Origin: an uncultured Pelagibacteraceae bacterium
GTDB lineage: Bacteria > Pseudomonadota > Alphaproteobacteria > Pelagibacterales > Pelagibacteraceae
DNA: 64,000 nucleotides
Direction: 5' to 3'
NCBI GenBank assembly: GCA_902524955.1
Contig: CABZEY010000002.1
Location: 56,391 to 120,390 of the forward strand
How positions within the stretch are numbered: the first letter of the stretch is position 1; the number at the start of each line of letters is the position of its first letter. Shown here piece by piece: positions 63,006-64,000 of this stretch. Below the pieces are notes generated by a model. It saw only the letters and a program-made list of their open reading frames with translations. It had not been told where the DNA came from and did not search any database. Both the position numbers and the translations under genes were made by a program.

Positions 63006-63662
63006 TTATAAGTCACATAATTCGCTGTTAATTTGATCAGTAACCTCTTTTATAGACTTCATTGCATCAACGTTTTTTACAACTCCTTTTATTTCGTAAA
63101 ATTTAAGCAAAGGTAAGGTGGTTTCTTGATATATGCTCAATCTGTTACTTACTGTGCTTTCGTTATCATCAGACCTTTTGGTTAAATCTCTATTTTTACA
63201 CCTTTCGTTAATACATTCAGATGGGTCGACGGGTGGGTCAAAGTATTCATTAAATGGCTTCTTACAAATTGAGCAAGATACTCGTCCAGAAATTCTTTTA
63301 ACTAAGATTGAATTGTCTACTTTTAAGTTTAATACTAAAGAAATCACTTGATCATACTTACTAAGCATTGAATCTAAAGATTTTGCTTGATCGATATTCC
63401 TTGGAAAACCGTCAAAAATTATATTATTTTTAACAGAAGGCTCTGAAATTTTTTTTTCAATTAAATCATTAATAATGTCATCTGAAACTAATTGCCCTTT
63501 GTCCATAATTTGTTTTAATTTTTCAGATAATTTTGATTTACTTTTCAATTCAGCTCTTAACAAATCTCCAGTAGATAATTGATACATTTTTCTTTTCTCA
63601 ACCAAAAAAGATGATTGTGTACCCTTGCCAGCGCCTGGAGGGCCAAAAATAATAATATTCAT
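63006..63662 (-). CDS. adk: Adenylate kinase
   Basis: GPPGAGKGTQ, STGDLLR, DGFPR, Cys-containing LID, R.DD. Confidence 0.97.
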   Translation of the reverse strand: MNIIIFGPPGAGKGTQSSFLVEKRKMYQLSTGDLLRAELKSKSKLSEKLKQIMDKGQLVSDDIINDLIEKKISEPSVKNNIIFDGFPRNIDQAKSLDSMLSKYDQVISLVLNLKVDNSILVKRISGRVSCSICKKPFNEYFDPPVDPSECINERCKNRDLTKRSDDNESTVSNRLSIYQETTLPLLKFYEIKGVVKNVDAMKSIKEVTDQINSELCDL

Positions 63663-63669
63663 CCAAATT

Positions 63670-64000
63670 TTACCTACTAAATTTAGTTTTTTTTATTAAC
63701 GACTCATATTGTACGCTCATTAGTCTAGTTTGTATTTGAGTAATTGTATCCATACCGACCACGACGACAATTAATAAAGCAGTACCACCAAGATAAAAAG
63801 GTATAGGGTAATTTGCTATTAAAAACTCAGGCAGTAAACAAATAATAACTAAATAAGACGAACCAATTACTGTCAATTTGGTTAAGAGATTTTCAATGAA
63901 TAATGCAGTTCTTTCACCTGGTCTAATACCTGGAACAAATCCACCGTATTTTTTTAAATTATCTGCCGTTTCGTTAGGGTTAAAAACAATAGAAGTATAA
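63670..64000 (-). CDS. secY: Preprotein translocase SecY (3' part, runs off window)
   Basis: Manual translation [28 protein letters not shown]...[12 protein letters not shown]. Confidence 0.96.
   Translation of the reverse strand, partial: YTSIVFNPNETADNLKKYGGFVPGIRPGERTALFIENLLTKLTVIGSSYLVIICLLPEFLIANYPIPFYLGGTALLIVVVVGMDTITQIQTRLMSVQYESLIKKTKFSR

Overview
Very AT-rich, gene-dense window from a streamlined alphaproteobacterium, most likely Pelagibacterales/SAR11 (judged from gene order, tiny or overlapping intergenic spaces and the L33 sequence type; no search was run). Most of it is core genome: rplM (partial), ctaA, plsX/ihfA, hppA, the rib operon, glyA, parC, the lepB-rnc-era-recO and rsh-pyrE-pdxJ-acpS block, dapA/slt, gatCAB, pyrBC, topA, clpSA, ugd/galU, and the secY-adk-rpsM-rpsK-rpoA-rplQ end of the ribosomal cluster. 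The unusual part is about 26-42 kb. It holds tRNA-Ser(GCT), an apparently complete but mosaic haem pathway (ALAS, a long HemC with a possible HemD-like tail, a Zn-type HemB, HemE, HemH, HemF, HemJ), katG and an Fe3+ ABC transporter. The best novel candidate is layered control of the iron-transporter mRNA. Two Fur/Irr-like operators sit over the promoter. A ~125-nt leader has two mutually exclusive folds. A 200-nt intercistronic region has two long G.U-containing hairpins, and the apical loop of one is a perfect 13-nt antisense to the permease start codon region. Three single-base homopolymer frameshifts (lepB, hemH, hemC) are probably sequencing errors. No CRISPR array, transposase, integrase or rRNA was seen.
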